From positions 1-36,200 of the forward strand of contig JAYSPL010000136.1 in NCBI GenBank assembly GCA_043722085.1: a DNA stretch of 36,200 bases, given 5' to 3'. Shown piece by piece: positions 31,756 to 36,200 of the stretch (position 1 is the stretch's first letter; each line of letters opens with the position of its first letter). The position numbers and the translations under genes were made by a program. Under the pieces are notes generated by a model. The model worked only from the letters and a program-made list of their open reading frames with translations. It was not told the origin of the DNA and searched no databases. Source of the DNA: Candidatus Altimarinota bacterium (GTDB taxonomy: Bacteria > Patescibacteriota > Gracilibacteria > BD1-5 > UBA2023).

Positions 31756-32747
31756 TTATCTCTTTCCAGTGAGATCTACGAGGAGCGGAGAGGCAATACA
31801 GATAGACGAGTATGCACCCACTATCGTACCGAATATGAGTGCGAGGGAAAATCCCTTGATACTCTCAGGACCAAATATAAACATCGCAACGAGAACGATG
31901 ATGATCGTAAATGTGGTAAAGAGTGAGCGTCTCATTGTATCCCAAATAGACGTATCGATGAGTGTGGAAAATGATCCCTTACTAGATTTTGGATGCTGTA
32001 GGTTGGATCTGATGCGATCCATTACTACGATCGTATCATTGATCGAGTAGCCCAGTACCGTGAGCATCGCGGTAATAAAAAAGGTATCAATCTTGAATTC
32101 TGGGAAAAAGTGAGAAACCACTACATAGAGACCAAATGCAATCACCACATCATGGGCGAGCGAAATCGTTGTTACTACCGCAAATGGCCAACTTGCCATA
32201 CCAGCAATTGATCCACGGAATGCGTACTGTATATAGAGAGAGATCGCGATAATAGCAAGGATGAGAGTGAGGTATCCTGATTTTTTGATATAGTCACCGA
32301 ATGATGCTCCAACATTGCGATACTGTGTTTCTACAACGGTCGCACCCACGAGTGTACCGAGTTCTTTTTTGGTAGCCATATTGAAGGTCGCCTTTGCCGA
32401 TTCGATACGAGCGAAGTCAGCTTTTCCATCTTTTTGTGCCATACTCTCATCGATTCCAGCCTCCACGACAATATGATTGGTGCCACTAATCTGGTAGACG
32501 AGCGTGTCCGTGATGATTTTCTGTTGATCGCTCGAAAGTGAGGCCTTCACTCGTGGAATAATGTCTTCTTTGAGTGACTTGATAGCGCTCGCTCCGCTAA
32601 CGCCATCGATACTATACTCAATCTGAACTCATCCAGTCATGTCAATACCCTGATTGAGTCCAATAGTCCATGGAGTGGAGAGTGAAAAAAGAAAGAGACC
32701 AAAAGCTAGTACGTAGAAATAGTAACGATTTTTTACAAAAGAGAACA
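31756..32747 (-). CDS. secF: protein translocase subunit SecF (5' end needs a 1-nt frame change)
   Basis: Track ORF 31756..32550 extends in frame to GIDMTG-G-VQIEY and the TM FGLFLFSLS. That frame has no ATG/GTG/TTG before stop 32764-32766. The SecF-like start MFSFVKNRYYFYVLA (ATG 32747) is in another frame. Confidence 0.8.
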
Positions 32748-32837
32748 TAGGAAATAATAGTAAATTAATAGAGGAAATTTATCCCACCATTTATACGATG
32801 AAGGTATGAAAAGTCAAAAGAAATGTCGATAATGTGC

Positions 32838-32866
32838 TTGCGGTTTTAGCTCGCTTAGGATATACT
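32838..32866 (+). promoter_or_regulatory. promoter candidate for the PrgI-like gene
   Basis: TTGCGG (32838-32843), a 17-nt spacer, then TATACT (32861-32866). The ATG at 32876 is only 9 nt after the -10 box, implying a near-leaderless mRNA. Confidence 0.4.
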
Positions 32867-32875
32867 CATATTCGT

Positions 32876-33292
32876 ATGCAATATAAAATACCGATTCAGA
32901 TTGAAAACGAGGATGTCATTGTCGCGTGACTCTCACTGCGCCAACTCTTTATCATGATGATTTGGGGTGGTATTGGGTATGGCGTATTTAAATACGCGGA
33001 GGTAAGGATTGGAGCCGACATTGGACTCTGGCTTGGTGGACCATTCGTACTCATTGGTGTCATCATTGCTCTCGTTCGCTATTCTGAGATGACGTTTCTC
33101 CCTATGACTCTCAATTTTCTACGACTCTCACTCAATGCTCGGTCTCGAATGTGGTCCCAATGAGCCGACAGCTACAGCGAAATGGATGTCGGATATATCG
33201 CACCCAGTAATACTCAAAAAGAAACAAAAGCCAATAAAACCTACGAACAAGTCCGGAGTGATGAATTCGAAAGCAATATCGGAAAACTATAA
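32876..33292 (+). CDS. PrgI-family membrane protein (type IV secretion-like systems of Gram-positives/CPR)
   Basis: MQYKIPIQIENEDVIVA-G-LSLRQLF followed by two TM helices. 2 in-frame TGA, TAA at 33290-33292. Extends track ORF 32954..33163. Confidence 0.65.
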
Positions 33293-33304
33293 ACTCCCAA
33301 TATT

Positions 33305-34024
33305 ATGTCCCCCAATGATACGATAAAAACAGGTAAAAAACCCGCAAAAGACGCGAGTACACAACGGTACTTGCCTTTTTCAGAAATCCGAGAAAATATG
33401 ATAATGATGAAGGATGGATCATCTCGAATGGTACTCAGGGTTCACGCGCTCAATTTTAATCTCAAAAGCACCGAAGAACAAGACGCCATACTCATGAGCT
33501 ATCAGAGGTTTCTCAATGCGCTCAATTTTCCCATCCAGATCATGATTCGTTCTCTCAAGGTCGATATCGAAACCTATATCAACAAGCTCAAAAATCTCGC
33601 CCTCAAACAAGAAAATCCCATGCTCCAAGAACAAACCTACAAGTATGTAGACTTCCTGACTACCCTCATTGATCTCGCTCAGATTATGAAAAAAGAATTC
33701 TATATTGTCGTTCCGTATGATCTGGAGAATAATGAAAGCGTCAGGAAGACGGATGTATTTGGGGTATTTAAGTCATTCTGGTCATCCCTCTCCCAGGAAG
33801 AATCAATTGCGGATATCAGAGCCAATCGTATTCGTATGACCCGCCTCAAAAAATGAAACTATGAACGCCTCTCCACCGTGAAGATGGCTCTCGAATCTAT
33901 CGGACTCAAGGCTGATGAAGTAGAAAAGGTCGAACTCGTAAAGCTCATATATAATTACTATAACCCTCGGGTAAAAAATGAAATGCTCCTCAAGGCCGAT
34001 GTAGATCACATTGATCTCGGGTAA
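33305..34024 (+). CDS. VirB4/TrbE-like protein, N-terminal domain only (239 aa, no ATPase domain)
   Basis: QRYLPFSEIRENMIMMKDGSSRMVLRVHALNFNLKSTEEQDAILMSYQRFLNALNFPIQIMIRS...KEFYIVVPY matches the N-terminal region of CPR/Gram-positive VirB4 homologues. It ends at TAA 34022-34024 before any Walker A motif. Confidence 0.6.
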
Positions 34025-34051
34025 TTTTTTCCTCATTTTTAACTTCTACTC

Positions 34052-34492
34052 ATGTCTCGTGTGCTTATTCCCGCGGCCGCCAATCTCATATGCCAACATG
34101 GATCCCATGTGCTTCTTATCAAACGATCCAACAAAACAACCGTCTGGCCAAATTTTTGGGCATTTCCTGGAGGAAAGGTTGACGCGAATGAATTCTTCAG
34201 AGAAGCAGCACTCCGTGAAGCACAAGAAGAAATCGGAATCATAGGTGACGCTCGCAATATTACCGGTGAAACGACTGTAATGATCCGCTCTATACAAGGA
34301 ACCAAAGTGGTATATTTTGGACGGATTGAGCACTACGAAAATGCTCCAGAAATTATTGAGAGAGAACTTGCTACTGATCTCGCTTGGTTTCCAATTTCTG
34401 AACTTCCAGAACCAATGATTCCGCACCACCGCACGTGACTTGAGGCTATTCTCAAATGAATTGGCTATACAGAGATTGATATCGTGGTATAA
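34052..34492 (+). CDS. NUDIX hydrolase
   Basis: Nudix box GGKVDANEFFREAALREAQEEIGI. Track ORF 34052..34438 continues through 2 TGA to TAA 34490-34492. Confidence 0.85.
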
Positions 34493-34752
34493 ATATTACT
34501 TAGTAGTGCCTAATATAAAAAAGAAGATTAATCCAATCCCTTTTTTAGCAAAAATTGGTTGGATTAAAAAGATTGATCCGCTCACTATAGCTGCATGAAC
34601 TTCTTGACTATGAGCTCTCGGACTCGCTTGATGGCTTGCTGCAACGTATCCTTGACAAGAACCATATGAACTACCGAAATAATAGCTATATAGTCTTGCT
34701 TGTTTAAAACCTCACCCTCATCTCCAAAAAGCAGTCTAATTATTGTATACTT

Positions 34753-35937
34753 TTATACCAATCCTGATAAAAACCTATCGGCACTCATCATACGGATACC
34801 GTCATGATCTTCATCGATACCAGATTCAAATACGAGCTGGAATGCCGGGGCCTGGAGCTTGTCTCGAAAATACTTGAGATGCGGAGAGATAGATCATTTA
34901 CTGGCCTTAACTTCGATAATACACTCAATCTTACCATCAGATACGATACAAAAGTCTACTTCACGTTGTTCGCGATCCCTGAGAAAGTATAATTCTGCAT
35001 GTATACCATACACATCTGTCAGAAAATGAGTGTATTTCAGGAGATGATTGGCAACAACATTCTCATACTTCGATCCGATATCATCGATGCCAGTATAGTC
35101 CCAGAGATATATTTTTGGTTCTTTTCGGAGTGACTTGATATATGAGGATTGATACGGATAGATACGGTAACAGAAGTACATCTGTTCGAGCATATCTACC
35201 CAATGGGAGAGCGTTTTATGGCTGACTCGGAGATCTTCAGTAATTGAGTTAATAGAAAATAGTGATCCAACTTTTGTTGGTAACATAGTCGCAAGAATCT
35301 CGAGTGTAGAGAGATCACGAATCGTGCTCACATCACGGATATCTTCTTGTATGAGTCGTTTTTCTCGATCATTGTGCCATCTTTTGAGATCACGCATATC
35401 CCCTGAGTAGTATATTTCGGGAAATCCTCCAAATTGAATGAGATTTTCCCATATTACTCGATCTACTGTATCAGCGTAGAGCATTCCGAGTTCTCTCGTA
35501 TAGATTTTTCCGATGAGTTCTGCGATGGAGAGTGGGTGAAGTCGGAAGTAGAAATATCTCCCCAATAACGAATCTCATCCTTTTTGATATAGATCGAGTC
35601 GTGCACTCCCCGTGACGAGTATATCAAAATCATCTTTTCGGGTGTCATATATTCCTTTAATATGATTTTTCCAATCTCGATACTTGTGAATCTCATCGAA
35701 TATTACGAGTTCTGTGCCTCAGACAAAAGTGTTTGAAAGAATTGATTTTTTATCATCTCGACTATCCCAATTGAGGTATGTGGGATTTGGATAATTGGTA
35801 GCAATATTTTTTGCAAGAGTGGTTTTACCTACTTGACGGGGACCCCCGATGAATACCATTTTTTTCTTGAGATCTGTCTGGATATATGATTCTAGATAGC
35901 GTTTCATATTTTTTATTAATTCCAGAAAATTATACAT
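34753..35937 (-). CDS. AAA+ ATPase with DUF4143-type C-terminal domain (second copy)
   Basis: Track ORFs 35719..35937 and 34894..35565 join across 3 TGA. Walker A GGPRQVGKTTLA, Walker B LVIFDEIH. The tail ...VSDGKIECIIEVKASK-G-...GIRMMSADRFLSGLV is typical of the family. TAA at 34753-34755. Confidence 0.85.
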
Positions 35938-35983
35938 AACTCCAAAAATAAAGCAAACTTTTTGGAGTTATGGTGAAAAATCT

Positions 35984-36025
35984 GGACCTGAGTACAATAG
36001 AATGACTTCTCTTGTACTCAGGTCC
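35984..36025 (-). terminator. rho-independent terminator candidate
   Basis: 13-bp perfect stem ggacctgagtaca/tgtactcaggtcc with a 16-nt loop. On the minus strand it is followed by agatttttc and starts 1 nt after the stop of the partial minus-strand CDS. Confidence 0.5.
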
Positions 36026-36026
36026 A

Positions 36027-36200
36027 TTATTTTGGTGAAATGATTCTTAAAGTTTTCAGAGTGTCTTCAAACAAAAAAACAAGAGGAAGGTTGACACTTG
36101 GGGTATTGAATATGCTTTGTGAAGAAGATACTGGATCATTAGACTCAGAGGATGATCATGGCTCAGAGGATGATCATGGCTCAGAGGATGACTGAGTATG
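36027..36200 (-). CDS. 3' end of a CDS with Ser-rich hexapeptide repeats (partial, runs off the right edge)
   Basis: The minus frame is open from the window edge to TAA 36027-36029: ...SSSEP-G-SSSEP-G-SSSESNDPVSS...LRIISPK. The repeats come from an 18-nt tandem unit at 36153-36200. Confidence 0.35.

Noticed and set aside
34503-34735. 77-codon minus-strand open frame between the NUDIX and AAA genes (…GGGGFKQARLYSYYFGSSYGSCQGY…IFLIQPIFAKKGIGLIFFFILGTTK).
   Set aside because: It has no ATG/GTG/TTG start except a GTG leaving only 27 codons. The imperfect inverted repeat ttaatccaa...ttggattaa (34527-34566) inside it is more simply a terminator-like element between the convergent genes.
35938-35969. 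11-bp inverted repeat aactccaaaaa...tttttggagtt immediately upstream of the second AAA ATPase start, possibly sequestering its GGAG.
   Set aside because: The stem is AT-rich with a 10-nt loop. There is no evidence beyond the sequence itself, so it is too speculative to call a regulatory element.
1-36200. Alternative explanations for in-frame TGA: Trp (table 4), selenocysteine, or pseudogenisation.
   Set aside because: TGA sits at invariant Gly positions (P-loops, the PP-loop, S3/S5/S19 motifs), not Trp positions. TGG is still used for conserved Trp. It occurs many times per gene with no SECIS-like context. It also affects essential ribosomal genes, which would not all be pseudogenes.

Overview
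36.2-kb AT-rich window from a bacterium that reads TGA as glycine (translation table 25, as in Gracilibacteria/BD1-5 or Absconditabacteria/SR1, CPR/Patescibacteria). The supplied ORF track uses the standard code, so most genes appear as fragments. In-frame TGA sits at invariant Gly positions: S3 codon 2 (MG-HKV), S19 (SLKK-G-PY), S5 (VTAG-G-RQLRF and GIIA-G-GAVR), the MnmA PP-loop (G-LS-G-GVDS), the ABC signature and the NodB motif (G-HLL-G-NHS). I re-joined the fragments with TGA=Gly and gave stops only at TAA/TAG. Content, left to right: (1) housekeeping genes proS, sanA, mnmA, a HAD hydrolase, an ABC ATPase, Fur, grpE and a TRAM/RumA-type methyltransferase; (2) small membrane proteins and a FemAB-like gene; (3) a co-directional accessory block of a DUF4143 AAA ATPase, a TGA-free Dam-family (D12) adenine methyltransferase, a HARE-HTH plus PD-(D/E)xK-like nuclease, and an NYN-domain protein, sitting directly downstream of rplO where secY-adk-map-infA normally follow; (4) a 19-gene ribosomal-protein cluster rplC to rplO on the minus strand, with no rpsJ upstream and no rpmD; (5) a FecR-domain membrane protein and a small ParB/Srx-like protein; (6) a 1113-aa three-domain fusion (GH18-like, CE4 deacetylase, GT2 synthase; PNAG/Pga-Ica-like) with a small membrane partner; (7) secF with an apparent 5' frame problem; (8) a PrgI-family gene followed by only the N-terminal third of a VirB4-like gene; (9) a NUDIX hydrolase and a second DUF4143 AAA ATPase. 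No rRNA, tRNA, CRISPR array, integrase or transposase was recognised. All calls rest on reading motifs by eye; no database search or computation was run.
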